Both the position numbers and the translations under genes were made by a program. DNA of 49,810 nucleotides from an uncultured Candidatus Saccharibacteria bacterium (GTDB lineage Bacteria; Patescibacteriota; Minisyncoccia; UBA6257; 2-01-FULL-56-20). Positions within the stretch are counted from its first letter, which is position 1. Every line of letters starts with the position of its first letter. Below are positions 24,918 through 34,079 of the stretch, in pieces. A model generated the notes under the pieces. It did not search any database, was not told the DNA's origin, and worked only from the letters and a program-made list of their open reading frames with translations. The DNA is taken from NCBI GenBank assembly GCA_964555255.1, contig CAZKRG010000002.1, positions 6,866 through 56,675 on the forward strand, written 5' to 3'.

Positions 24918-25484
24918 TCAAGGCGAAATTCCAAAATATAGCAGGAGTTCAGCTTCATTTGTGATCTCGGAAAGGGTCGCATAGCGGACATATGGTCGCA
25001 AATCGAAACACTCTACCACAAAATCAATTTGGTCCCTGCAGGGATAGGGGTAGATAAAAACCGATTTCTGCCATTGTACAAATCCCAACTCTCTTAATTT
25101 TCCTCTCAAGGCGTTCCTTCCCGCTTTGCAATTTTCTGGAATATCGAATAATACTCCGCGCCATTTTTTATCCCATTTCTCCGGCTTAGGAATGGTAAGG
25201 ATATCCAAATTGAAAGTAAGTGCGCGCTGTTTTCCTTTTTCGACCAGCACCACAGTCTGCGTCCCATCTTTATTCTCTTTGAAGTCTATTAGGCGATCTT
25301 CATAAAACTCCTTAATTATCCGCTGAAGATAACGACGATCAATGGCTTCCCACTCTTTTCCAATTTCTCGAATTACTCGAATTTGCCGATACGAACTATT
25401 CACCAACCCAAGCGCTACTCCGGCTTGTAATAACAGGAGGACTTTGCGCTTCAATGGACTGAATATTCTCTTATTCTTTTTCAT
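24918..25484 (-). CDS. PaaX-like regulator (wHTH N-terminus, Cas2-fold-like C-terminus)
   Basis: 188 aa. The C-terminal WDKKWRGVLFDIPENCKAGRNALRGKLRELGFVQWQKSVFIYPYP resembles the PaaX_C/Cas2-like ferredoxin fold. Confidence 0.55.
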   Translation of the reverse strand: MKKNKRIFSPLKRKVLLLLQAGVALGLVNSSYRQIRVIREIGKEWEAIDRRYLQRIIKEFYEDRLIDFKENKDGTQTVVLVEKGKQRALTFNLDILTIPKPEKWDKKWRGVLFDIPENCKAGRNALRGKLRELGFVQWQKSVFIYPYPCRDQIDFVVECFDLRPYVRYATLSEITNEAELLLYFGISP

Positions 25485-25495
25485 ACATTCCTTAA

Positions 25496-25533
25496 TTGTA
25501 CCAAATGAGAACGATCGTTCTCATTTGGTACAA
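25496..25533. repeat. 38-nt perfect palindrome related to 24873-24906
   Basis: TTGTACCAAATGAGAACGA|TCGTTCTCATTTGGTACAA. It lies 11 nt upstream of the PaaX-like ATG and shares ACCAAAT...CGATCG...ATTTGGT with the other palindrome. Confidence 0.95.
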
Positions 25534-25574
25534 TTATTTGAGGAGGAGAAATTTTGTCTTTGTTGTACTTTGGT

Positions 25575-26927
25575 TTACGACAGCGGAACCTCGTGCCGCG
25601 GAACGAATTTTGGATCCGTCGCAAGGGTGAAGTGGAACGTGGTTCCCCGTTCGAGTTCGGAGTCCACCCAGATGCGCCCGCCGTGGGCCTGGATAATGCT
25701 CCGCACGATATAGAGACCTAATCCCGAACCCTCGGTTTGGAGTTTTATTGCGTTGTCCGCGCGGAAGAATTTTGTGAAGAGGTTTTTGATTTCATCCGGC
25801 GGGATCCCGATCCCCGTATCTTTTACCGTGATTTCCATATAAGGTCCCTCCGCGGTTGGTTTTAACCCCACCGTCACATTCCCGTTCTTCACGTTGTAGC
25901 GAATGGCATTCTCCACGAGGTTTGAGACCACCATCGCGAGTTTTTGCGGATCGGCGGTTACCAAGGAAACTGTTTCTTTCGGAGCGTCAAAATAGAGCGA
26001 GACTCCTGCGCGCGTCGCGACCGGCAAAATTTCTCCCAAGAGCTTATTTAAAAACTGCACAAGATCTACGGTAGTGAATGTATATCCAAACCGGCCCTCT
26101 TCTATTTTCGCAATTCCCAAAAGGTCGTCGATAATTTTGAGGAGTGTTTCACTCCCCTGATAGGCGCCATCAATAAGAAGTCTTACATTCGGATCGAATT
26201 TAGAAGAATCGGCGTGGAGCGATTCCAAGGCCCAGTGGATTCCGGTGGTGGGCGTCCGCAGTTGGTGCGAAGCGATTGTCACGAATTCACTCTTCGATTT
26301 AATAAGACTCATCTCCCGCGTGCGGTCGCGAACCACCTTCGCGAACCCACTTGGATTTTCTTTCTCTCCAAGGAGGAGTGAAGTCACCCGCAATTCAAGA
26401 AACGGATCATTGAACGAGAGATCAGTAATTTGTGGAAACACGCCCGCAGGCGAACGCGACACCATCCCGGGAGCAAGCGAAGGGAACAACACCTGTGCTA
26501 AAAGTTTATGGCGAGGGTTCTCGGCATCTTGAGGGGTGAGGACATGCCCCACTATTTCGGACTCCGCTACTCCGAAGAGTCGCTGCGCCGCTCCATTCCA
26601 AAATAGGATCTTAAAATTTTTATCGTAGAGGAATACGACATCCTCGAGTTGTTGTAAAATCAGCGCAAATTGATTCGCATCCCAGGGACTCTGCGAGGAG
26701 GTAGTCGCCTTGGCCTCCGAGAATCCCGCCGCTGCGAGAAACACAGCTCCCAAGATGAGGGCGGCCTGCACTACAATGAGGAGCGGGGGAAGTGTCCACC
26801 ACGCACTTACTCCCACTGCAACCACCACAAGCACTCCCGCGAGTACCAATGTTTGCAATTTTTTGGCTCCGGTTTCTGGTTTTTCTCCGGAAGCGCTTTC
26901 AAAGATTTCCTCGTTTATGTTAACCAT
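25575..26927 (-). CDS. sensor histidine kinase
   Basis: Two N-terminal TM segments, a PAS-like region, an H-box SHQLRTPTTGI, an N-box NLVENAIRYN and G-boxes DTGIGI and GSGLGL. Confidence 0.85.
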   Translation of the reverse strand: MVNINEEIFESASGEKPETGAKKLQTLVLAGVLVVVAVGVSAWWTLPPLLIVVQAALILGAVFLAAAGFSEAKATTSSQSPWDANQFALILQQLEDVVFLYDKNFKILFWNGAAQRLFGVAESEIVGHVLTPQDAENPRHKLLAQVLFPSLAPGMVSRSPAGVFPQITDLSFNDPFLELRVTSLLLGEKENPSGFAKVVRDRTREMSLIKSKSEFVTIASHQLRTPTTGIHWALESLHADSSKFDPNVRLLIDGAYQGSETLLKIIDDLLGIAKIEEGRFGYTFTTVDLVQFLNKLLGEILPVATRAGVSLYFDAPKETVSLVTADPQKLAMVVSNLVENAIRYNVKNGNVTVGLKPTAEGPYMEITVKDTGIGIPPDEIKNLFTKFFRADNAIKLQTEGSGLGLYIVRSIIQAHGGRIWVDSELERGTTFHFTLATDPKFVPRHEVPLS

Positions 26928-29382
26928 GAATTTCTTGGAGATGTCCCCAGTCTTTTCCCACGGAGGCTTTTACTGTGAGCGGCACCGCAAGCGGATAGGA
27001 GGACTCCATGCACTCCACTAGTTTCGGGGCTATCTTTGCAATCATATCATCGCGTATCTCGAACAACAATTCATCATGAATCGAAAGAAGCATCGCTGCG
27101 GATATCTCCCAGCCTTCTCTTTGTATACAATCCCTAACACAAATCATTGCTAACTTTATAATGTCTGCACCGAGCCCTTGTATAGGGAAATTAATCGCGG
27201 CACGCTCGGCCTCCGCGCGAAATCGAGGAGCTCCTCCACGAATCCCCTCCAGATACCGGCGGCGGCCGGTGAGCGATTGCACATATCCTTTTCCCCTCGC
27301 AAAGGATTTTATGGATTCTTGCCATTCTTTTACCCGCGCGAAGGTTCTGAAATACTGCGCAATAAATTTCTTCGCCTCTTCCAACTTCACCTCTGCGGCC
27401 TCCGCAAATGCGCGCGCGCCCATGCCATACATCAGGCCGAAGTTTAAGGTCTTCGCAAGGCGCCGCTCTTTGTCGCCCACTTTCTCTACGGGGACGCCCA
27501 GTACCCGCGCCGCAGTCAAACGATGGAGATCATCTCTTCGTCTGAACGCCGCGATGAGCTCGGCATCCCCGGATAAGGCTGCGAGTATCCGCAGCTCGAG
27601 CTGGGTGTAGTCACAGGCGAGCAGCGAAAACCCTTCGGGAACCACAAACGCTCCCCGAAGCTCCTTTGCCCAGATAAATCCTTGAGGGATGTTTTGAAGA
27701 TTGGGGTTTCGCGAGCTCAATCTTCCCGTACCTGTGCCGGTTTGCACAAATTCAGTATGCACTCGTCCGTCTTCTTTAATGTGCTCACCGAGCGGAGCAA
27801 GGTATGTGGATTGCATTTTAAAGAACTCCCGATATTCCAAAATTTTTTCTACCACCGGATGCACATCCTTTACCGCGAGCAGCGCCTCCTCGCGCGTGGA
27901 ACGCAGGCCGGTACGCGTGGTCGCACCTCCTTCAATACCTAATTTCTCAAAAAGGATGCGCCCCACCTCCCGAGGAGAGTTCAGATTGAATGTTTCGCCC
28001 GCGTGGACATAAATTTCCTTTTCCAATATTCGGAGCCGATCCTGCACTTTTTCGAGGAGCGCGGTAAGACGATCTTTAGAAACTACAATTCCTTTAGCTT
28101 CCATTTCCGCGAGTACCCTCATGAGCGGCATCTCAATCGTTTCTAAGATACTCTGTGCTCCACTTTCTCTAAGAAGCCTATATTCTTGCCTAAAGAGATG
28201 CTCGTACTCTTCAGAAGAGCCGCTCCAGAATTGATTGAGGAGTCGCTTTGCCACCGTCGTCGCCTCAAAGGATTTTGCATCTGGATCGAGGAGCCAAGCC
28301 GCGACCCCGAGATCCCAATAAGGAGGGACAATATCCTTACCTTCTCTCCAGGCGCGCTGCAGTATTACTTTTAATTCAAACCCCACTTTTAATCCGGCAG
28401 GGAGATTTCTCGGGATTTCTCCCAAAATGATTGTGTGTGAGGGTAAGGATTTATTTTCTTGTAGAGGGATTGGTGTTGTGGACTTTGTAGGCACATCTTC
28501 TACTACTATTTTTTCTCCCATTCGCTTCAACAGCGCTTTAAATCCTAGCGACTCAAAATATTCTCTGGCGGCGTCGAGGTTCGCGGCCACTTTTAGGGAG
28601 TCGAGAGTCTCTATAGACAAGGGCGCGTCTTTCCGGAGAGTTACGAGCATCTTTGCGAACTCCGCTTCTTTGAGGTACGGCAGAAGTTTCGCACGCACTT
28701 TTTCCTCTCGGGGAGCTGCAGCGAACAAATTCTCTAACGTGCCGAATTGTTTCAAAAAAGCGGCAGCGGTCTTGGGGCCAATGCCCGGCACTCCCTTCAC
28801 ATTATCCGAAGGATCTCCTACAAGAGCTTTGTAGTCGGGAAGTTGCTTGGGATCCAGCCCGTATCGGGCACGCACTGCAGCATTATTATATTTCATCACT
28901 TCGCTGATACCGGTCTTTAAAGCCCACACGGTAACATTCGGATCTTCCACGAGTTGTAAGGCATCTAGGTCGCCCGTGAGAATAATAACGAGAGCGTCAT
29001 TCTTAAGTCTCTCTGCCGCAGTAGCAATACAATCGTCTGCTTCCCACCCCGCGGCTTCATAGACAGGAATCCCAAACACTCCAAAGAGCCGATGAACTTC
29101 GATAATTTGCGTGATAAGTTCGTCGGGGGCTTTGGGACGATGCGCTTTATACTCTGTATACCGCTCTTTTCGAAATGTTGGTTCAGGGCGATCGAAACAC
29201 GCAGCCGCATATTCTGGCTTCTCCTCTCTCCAGAGCCGCACGAGAATGCTTGCCACTCCATAGATCGCCTGCACGGGTGCCCCTTGTGGAGAAGTGAGGG
29301 GAGGGAGCGCATGAAAGGCTCGGTGAATCAGGGAATTTGCATCAATTAAAAATATCCTCTTACCCTCACTTTTGTACTTCAT
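26920..29382 (-). CDS. polA: DNA polymerase I
   Basis: 820 aa with a 5'-3' exonuclease N-terminus (LIDANSLIHRAFHAL) and polymerase motifs A (DYTQLELRILA), B (RRLAKTLNFGLMYGM) and C (SIHDELLFE). Confidence 0.95.
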   Translation of the reverse strand: MKYKSEGKRIFLIDANSLIHRAFHALPPLTSPQGAPVQAIYGVASILVRLWREEKPEYAAACFDRPEPTFRKERYTEYKAHRPKAPDELITQIIEVHRLFGVFGIPVYEAAGWEADDCIATAAERLKNDALVIILTGDLDALQLVEDPNVTVWALKTGISEVMKYNNAAVRARYGLDPKQLPDYKALVGDPSDNVKGVPGIGPKTAAAFLKQFGTLENLFAAAPREEKVRAKLLPYLKEAEFAKMLVTLRKDAPLSIETLDSLKVAANLDAAREYFESLGFKALLKRMGEKIVVEDVPTKSTTPIPLQENKSLPSHTIILGEIPRNLPAGLKVGFELKVILQRAWREGKDIVPPYWDLGVAAWLLDPDAKSFEATTVAKRLLNQFWSGSSEEYEHLFRQEYRLLRESGAQSILETIEMPLMRVLAEMEAKGIVVSKDRLTALLEKVQDRLRILEKEIYVHAGETFNLNSPREVGRILFEKLGIEGGATTRTGLRSTREEALLAVKDVHPVVEKILEYREFFKMQSTYLAPLGEHIKEDGRVHTEFVQTGTGTGRLSSRNPNLQNIPQGFIWAKELRGAFVVPEGFSLLACDYTQLELRILAALSGDAELIAAFRRRDDLHRLTAARVLGVPVEKVGDKERRLAKTLNFGLMYGMGARAFAEAAEVKLEEAKKFIAQYFRTFARVKEWQESIKSFARGKGYVQSLTGRRRYLEGIRGGAPRFRAEAERAAINFPIQGLGADIIKLAMICVRDCIQREGWEISAAMLLSIHDELLFEIRDDMIAKIAPKLVECMESSYPLAVPLTVKASVGKDWGHLQEIHG

Positions 29383-29834
29383 TTATTAGAAGAGAAGTTT
29401 ACTTTCACTATTCGATCTTCAAAACCTTTCCTATGTTGCAAGAAAACTTGTACTGTGCTTTTAGGGAGAATTCTCCTCGCGTGCTCCGGCCATTCGATTA
29501 CTACCACATTTCCTGGATCTGCCACTATTTTTTCTAATTCTAATATCTTTATTGCTTTCACCCTTGGGAGACGATAAAGATCGATGTGATAGAGAGAACC
29601 TCTTTTTTGAGGTAATTTAAACCTACGCATCAATGTAAAAGTAGGACTGACCACCTTTCCCCGAATTCCTAGAGCTTTTATAACCCCTTTCGTAAAAGTG
29701 GTTTTCCCACTTCCTAGGGCGCCGTGGAGCTCAAACACAAGGGCATGCTCCCTCGGCTTTTGTAATGCTTTCTGCATGAGAATGTTTCCCAACTGTTCGG
29801 TAGCCTCTGGAGATTTGCTCTCATATGCCTTCAT
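29379..29834 (-). CDS. tsaE: tRNA t6A biosynthesis ATPase TsaE
   Basis: Starts at ATG 29834. P-loop LHGALGSGKTTFTKGV, about 150 aa, with a 4-nt overlap with polA. Confidence 0.85.
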   Translation of the reverse strand: MKAYESKSPEATEQLGNILMQKALQKPREHALVFELHGALGSGKTTFTKGVIKALGIRGKVVSPTFTLMRRFKLPQKRGSLYHIDLYRLPRVKAIKILELEKIVADPGNVVVIEWPEHARRILPKSTVQVFLQHRKGFEDRIVKVNFSSNK

Positions 29835-29841
29835 ATTTATT

Positions 29842-30849
29842 TTATAGTAAATCTCCACCCTTACGCGCAACTCCTAGATGTTTATACGCCGGAGGAAGCG
29901 CGATCCGACCCGCTGATGATCGTTGAAGGAATCCTAACGCCATAAGATATGGCTCGTAAATATCCTCGATTACCCCCCGGTCCTCATTGAGTGCTGCAGC
30001 CAGCGTCCCAATGCCCACCGGACCACCTCCGAACTTATTTATGATTATTTCGAGCAATTTTCGGTCGTGCGGTTCTAGCCCCAACTCGTCGATTTCTAAA
30101 AGCTTCAACGTGCCTTTGCTTGTTTCTCCATCAATCGATTTCCTCCCATGTACCTCTGCATAATCTCGCGCTCGCCGCAGAAGCCGGTTTGCAACTCTTG
30201 GTGTGCCACGAGATGCCCGAGCAAGAGCATCAACTGCTTGAGGTTCAATTGCCACCTCTAAAATTTTTGCGGAACGAGAGAGGATTTTCTCGATTTCTTC
30301 ACTTCTATAATATTCCAGTCGAAAAGTAGCACCGAATCTCGAACGGAGTGGCTGGGAAAGTAAATTTTCTCGCGTAGTGGCCGCAATCAGAGTGAAGGGC
30401 GGGAGGTCTAAAAGAAGCGTCCTGGCGCTCGGTCCTTTTCCTACTACTACGTGCAGCTTCCTCATCTCCATCGCGGGATACAACACCTCTTCAATCATGC
30501 GGTTAATGCGATGCGCTTCATCGATAAAGAGCACCTCGCCAGACTCGAGGTTTGTGAGGATCGCTGCAAGATCCCCCATCTTTTCAATTGCGGGGCCTGA
30601 AGTCACTTTACACGGCGCATTAAGCTCTTTTGCCACGAGGTGTGCCAGCGTCGTTTTCCCAAGTCCCGCAGGACCCGAGAAGAGGAGGTGATCTGCGGCT
30701 TCTTTCCTTCTCTTCGCAGCTTCAATCAAGATTCGCAGGTTATTTTTTACTCGTTCTTGTCCCACGTACGCTTCCCAGGAAGTAGGTCGGAGTGCTTGAT
30801 CAACAGTACCTTCTTCTTCCTTTAATTTCCGCTGTGTATTAGAAGACAT
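29842..30849 (-). CDS. ruvB: Holliday junction helicase RuvB
   Basis: LRPTSWEAYVGQERVK, Walker A GPAGLGKTTLA and Walker B LFIDEAHR; 335 aa. Confidence 0.95.
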   Translation of the reverse strand: MSSNTQRKLKEEEGTVDQALRPTSWEAYVGQERVKNNLRILIEAAKRRKEAADHLLFSGPAGLGKTTLAHLVAKELNAPCKVTSGPAIEKMGDLAAILTNLESGEVLFIDEAHRINRMIEEVLYPAMEMRKLHVVVGKGPSARTLLLDLPPFTLIAATTRENLLSQPLRSRFGATFRLEYYRSEEIEKILSRSAKILEVAIEPQAVDALARASRGTPRVANRLLRRARDYAEVHGRKSIDGETSKGTLKLLEIDELGLEPHDRKLLEIIINKFGGGPVGIGTLAAALNEDRGVIEDIYEPYLMALGFLQRSSAGRIALPPAYKHLGVARKGGDLL

Positions 30850-30879
30850 GGGTAATTTTTTGGTTAAAAAATAGATTAG

Positions 30880-30908
30880 TTGACAATATAGAAGTTTTAT
30901 GCTAGTAT
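30880..30908 (+). promoter_or_regulatory. sigma70-like promoter
   Basis: TTGACA (30880-30885), a 17-nt spacer, then TAGTAT (30903-30908). It points into a 323-nt spacer that has no plus-strand gene. Confidence 0.45.
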
Positions 30909-30994
30909 CTCAAACCGATACGAGTTGGCTGTTCTTAATTTTAAAGGAAGGAACAAAACAAACCTCGTAGGTATTTGTGATAGATTTTCGTAGG

Positions 30995-31155
30995 TCGTTT
31001 GAGATCTGGGGGCTTTGAATTATTTTTAGCTTTTAGGACGGTTTGGCTTTGGCGAAACCAATCCTCAAAATAATTCTATCCTCTTTTCATTTTGTGAGAA
31101 GAGAAACCAGTTGTCCCACCTTACCCGTAGGACTATGCCCTCAGATCTCAAACGA
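30995..31155. repeat. 161-nt element closed by a 19-bp inverted repeat
   Basis: TCGTTTGAGATCTGGGGGC (30995-31013) pairs with GCCCTCAGATCTCAAACGA (31137-31155), 18 Watson-Crick pairs plus one G-U. A nested 10-bp pair GAATTATTTT (31017-31026) / AAAATAATTC (31067-31076) lies inside it. Confidence 0.85.
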
Positions 31156-31172
31156 ACTCTCTATTGGCTAGA

Positions 31173-32849
31173 TTACCATATTAAAGGACCAGTCACCTCT
31201 TCCACTTCTTTTAAACTAGTGATTCCTTGAAGCACTTTCAATACTCCGTCTTGTTGCATAGTCACCATTCCCTGCTTTTCGGCAATTCCCAACAAGGTAG
31301 ACTCGGAAGCATCTCTCATGATCGCCGCTTCGAGATCTCGACCACCACGGAGGAACTCGAAAATGCCTTGTCTTCCTTTATATCCAAAATGATTGCAGGC
31401 GTCACACCCGACGGGCTCAAATATTGTAGGATGTGCGTATTCTCCTCTTTCTACTCGATCGGGGAGTTTGCGTAAGAACCCTTCAATTCGCTTCTGTACT
31501 TCTTGGGTAAGCGGCACTTCCTTTTTACACTTTACACAGAGTCTTCGCACCAGCCGCTGCGCAATTATGAGTGATATTGCAGCTCCTATCGTGGAGGGTT
31601 TCACTCCTAAATTCACGAGCCGCGGCACCGCCCCTACTGCATCATTCGTGTGAAGTGTGGAGAGTACGAGGTGTCCTGTGAGAGAGGCTTGAAGCGCAAT
31701 ATCTGCGGTTTCCATATCCCGAATTTCTCCCACGAGAATCACATCGGGATCTTGTCGAACAATTGCTCGAAGGCCGCTTGCAAAGGTGTATCCCGCTTCG
31801 GAGTCCACTTGTGTTTGCTCAATTCCGGTGATGCGATACTCGATTGGATCTTCAACGGTGATGATCTTCATTTCTGGATCGTTTAACTTCCTCAAGAAAG
31901 CGTATAGTGTTGTGGTTTTCCCTGAGCCCGTGGGGCCAGTATTCAAAATAAGGCCGTTCGGACGTGCGAGCTCCGCCGTCACAATCGCAAGATCATCTGC
32001 GCGGAGACCGAGGGCCGGGAATTCCAATTGAATGGCTTTGGGATCGAGAATTCTCATTACCACTGTTTCTCCAAACTCAGAGGGAACAATCGAGACACGA
32101 ATCTCGATCTCTTTCCCACCGGCTTGTACGGTAAATCTGCCATCTTGAGCCTCGGTCCGTACGTTAATTTTCATGCCAGAGAGTAGTTTTATGCGTGCAA
32201 GGAGAGCACTATAGTTTTTCATCGGCACTGCGGTAGCTACATCATGAAGACGGCCATCGATTCGGAACCGGAACTTTGCCGCATCCTCTTCGGCTTCGCA
32301 ATGTATATCCGAAACATCATTAGCAAGTGCACCGCCGAGCATTATATCTAACAGATCGGTAGTGCTGGTTTTCTTAAAATCCAGCTTCCCGAATGTTTCT
32401 TGTACGGCATGGAAGGTTTTTAAATCAACCATAAGCCCCGCAAGCCGCTCTTCCACTTCTACTTTCCCCGTAATTCCTTTTACTTTCTCTCCTCCATACG
32501 CATACAACCGCCAGAGATCTTCAATCCCCGACCGAGAACCAATCACTACTTTGATGTTTAAAAACTGTTTCTTTAACTCTTCGAGAAGCGCTATGGTTGC
32601 CGGACGTCGAGGATCCGCTACCGCTACCACTATGGCCCGCTCATTCTTTTCAAGACCCACTGCAATTGCATCTTCGGCTTGTGCTTTGAGAATTGCGGCC
32701 ACCGCCTCTACTGACGCGGGGGTATTCTTGGTTTCTACGTAGGGGTAATTCAATTCCTCCGCCAACCGTTTCGCTGCCCGCTCTTCGCCCTCGCGCCGAA
32801 GCCTTATAAGTTCTTCGTTAAGAGGAGTAGGAGCAGCAAGTCCAGACAT
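31173..32849 (-). CDS. pilB: type II/IV secretion / type IV pilus assembly ATPase (PilB/GspE family)
   Basis: Starts at ATG 32849 (MSGLAAPTPLNEE); the longer ORF call runs antisense into yebC. Walker A GPTGSGKTTT, Walker B ILVGEIRD and a C-terminal Cys motif (CVKCKKE...CDACNHFGYKGRQGIFE). Confidence 0.9.
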   Translation of the reverse strand: MSGLAAPTPLNEELIRLRREGEERAAKRLAEELNYPYVETKNTPASVEAVAAILKAQAEDAIAVGLEKNERAIVVAVADPRRPATIALLEELKKQFLNIKVVIGSRSGIEDLWRLYAYGGEKVKGITGKVEVEERLAGLMVDLKTFHAVQETFGKLDFKKTSTTDLLDIMLGGALANDVSDIHCEAEEDAAKFRFRIDGRLHDVATAVPMKNYSALLARIKLLSGMKINVRTEAQDGRFTVQAGGKEIEIRVSIVPSEFGETVVMRILDPKAIQLEFPALGLRADDLAIVTAELARPNGLILNTGPTGSGKTTTLYAFLRKLNDPEMKIITVEDPIEYRITGIEQTQVDSEAGYTFASGLRAIVRQDPDVILVGEIRDMETADIALQASLTGHLVLSTLHTNDAVGAVPRLVNLGVKPSTIGAAISLIIAQRLVRRLCVKCKKEVPLTQEVQKRIEGFLRKLPDRVERGEYAHPTIFEPVGCDACNHFGYKGRQGIFEFLRGGRDLEAAIMRDASESTLLGIAEKQGMVTMQQDGVLKVLQGITSLKEVEEVTGPLIW

Positions 32850-32855
32850 GGTTTT

Positions 32856-32897
32856 AGCATAAAGCATAGGATTGGAAATTGGAAATTGGAAATTGTA
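32856..32897. repeat. six consecutive tandem heptamers
   Basis: AGCATAA AGCATAG GATTGGA AATTGGA AATTGGA AATTGTA. These fill the pilB/yebC divergent spacer. Confidence 0.85.
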
Positions 32898-32907
32898 TGC
32901 TACCCGC

Positions 32908-33441
32908 ATGGCAGGACACTCACATTGGGCGGGTATAAAACATAAAAAAGAGGCCACCGATAAAAAACGGGGGGTGGTGTTTTCGAAACTTCTCGCGGCG
33001 ATCACCGCGGCCGCTAAGAAAGATCCGAATCCAGATTTCAACCCCCGACTGCGCACTGTTATAGAAAAAGCCCGCGCAGAAAGCGTGCCTGCCGCAAATA
33101 TAACCCGAGCTATTGAGCGGGCGCGTGAGGCGGGGGAGACTATAGAAACACTCCTTTTTGAAGCGTACGGACCGGGAGGAGCGGCGCTTCTTATTGAAAT
33201 CGCCACTGACAACAAAAATAGAGCGGTGGCAGAAGTAAAATGTATCCTCTATAACTTTTCAGGAAAATGGGCAGAACCCGGCAGTGTACGGTGGGGATTC
33301 CAAGAATCTACCGAGGGGAAATGGGCGTCTCAATTCCCTCTTTCCCTTGACACGCGCGAGCACGTGCAGCTTCTCGCACTCCTCGCTGCCCTTCGCGGGC
33401 ATGCAGATGTACAGGAGGTATATACAAATGCAAACCTATAA
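32908..33441 (+). CDS. yebC: YebC/PmpR family DNA-binding regulator
   Basis: From ATG 32908 the protein reads MAGHSHWAGIKHKKEATDKKRG, the canonical YebC start. Confidence 0.9.
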   Translation: MAGHSHWAGIKHKKEATDKKRGVVFSKLLAAITAAAKKDPNPDFNPRLRTVIEKARAESVPAANITRAIERAREAGETIETLLFEAYGPGGAALLIEIATDNKNRAVAEVKCILYNFSGKWAEPGSVRWGFQESTEGKWASQFPLSLDTREHVQLLALLAALRGHADVQEVYTNANL

Positions 33442-33497
33442 CATATAACGAGATGTGGAACATGTTTATATACAGTTATTAGCTATACGTTACTGGT

Positions 33498-33974
33498 ATG
33501 GTTATTTTAGGGATTGACCCCGGTACCCATCGGGTAGGATATGGGCTCATTGAAAGCACCCCTCGAGACTGCCACTATATCGCCGCAGGGCTTCTCCCTC
33601 TTGGACGAAAAGATCCCCCCCTCCAACTTTTCCATATACGACAGGAGGTGGCATCACTTATCCGCACATTTACTCCTCGGGGAATGGCCCTCGAAAAACT
33701 TTATTTCACTAAAAATCAGAAAACGGCTATGGATGTAGCCCAAGCTCGGGGGGCAATTCTCCTTACTGCCGCCGAATATTCTCTTCCTGTAGCAGAATTT
33801 GGACCACGAGAGGTAAAAACGCATCTTACAGGATATGGATCCGCGGATAAAACGGCGATACTTAAGATGGTACGAATATGTCTCCACTATCCCTCGCTTC
33901 GCCTTATTGATGATGCGAGTGATGCTCTCGCATTGGCTCTCGCGGCCCATTTCACTAAACAGTTTCGCCCTTGA
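33498..33974 (+). CDS. ruvC: crossover junction endodeoxyribonuclease RuvC
   Basis: MVILGIDPGTHRVGYGLIE... with a C-terminal DDASDALALAL; 158 aa. Confidence 0.9.
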   Translation: MVILGIDPGTHRVGYGLIESTPRDCHYIAAGLLPLGRKDPPLQLFHIRQEVASLIRTFTPRGMALEKLYFTKNQKTAMDVAQARGAILLTAAEYSLPVAEFGPREVKTHLTGYGSADKTAILKMVRICLHYPSLRLIDDASDALALALAAHFTKQFRP

Positions 33975-34079
33975 CAAGTAAAATAGCTCTACTATAAACA
34001 CAGGGAGATGCTGGGATTGCCGGGTTCGCACGATAATCCCCTCCAAAAGGTCGCAAGGCATTTCTTTTCTTTGATATTT

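Noticed and set aside
32850-33215. N-terminal 122-codon extension of the PilB ORF call. Similar long-start calls exist for pyrG (to 23857), rpmH (from 39574), the Clp-like gene (to 7584), tsaE (to 29870) and the CsaA-like gene (from 20811).
   Set aside because: The extensions lack homology to the families. They overlap neighbouring genes or terminators and often begin at TTG or GTG. Internal ATGs match canonical N-termini.
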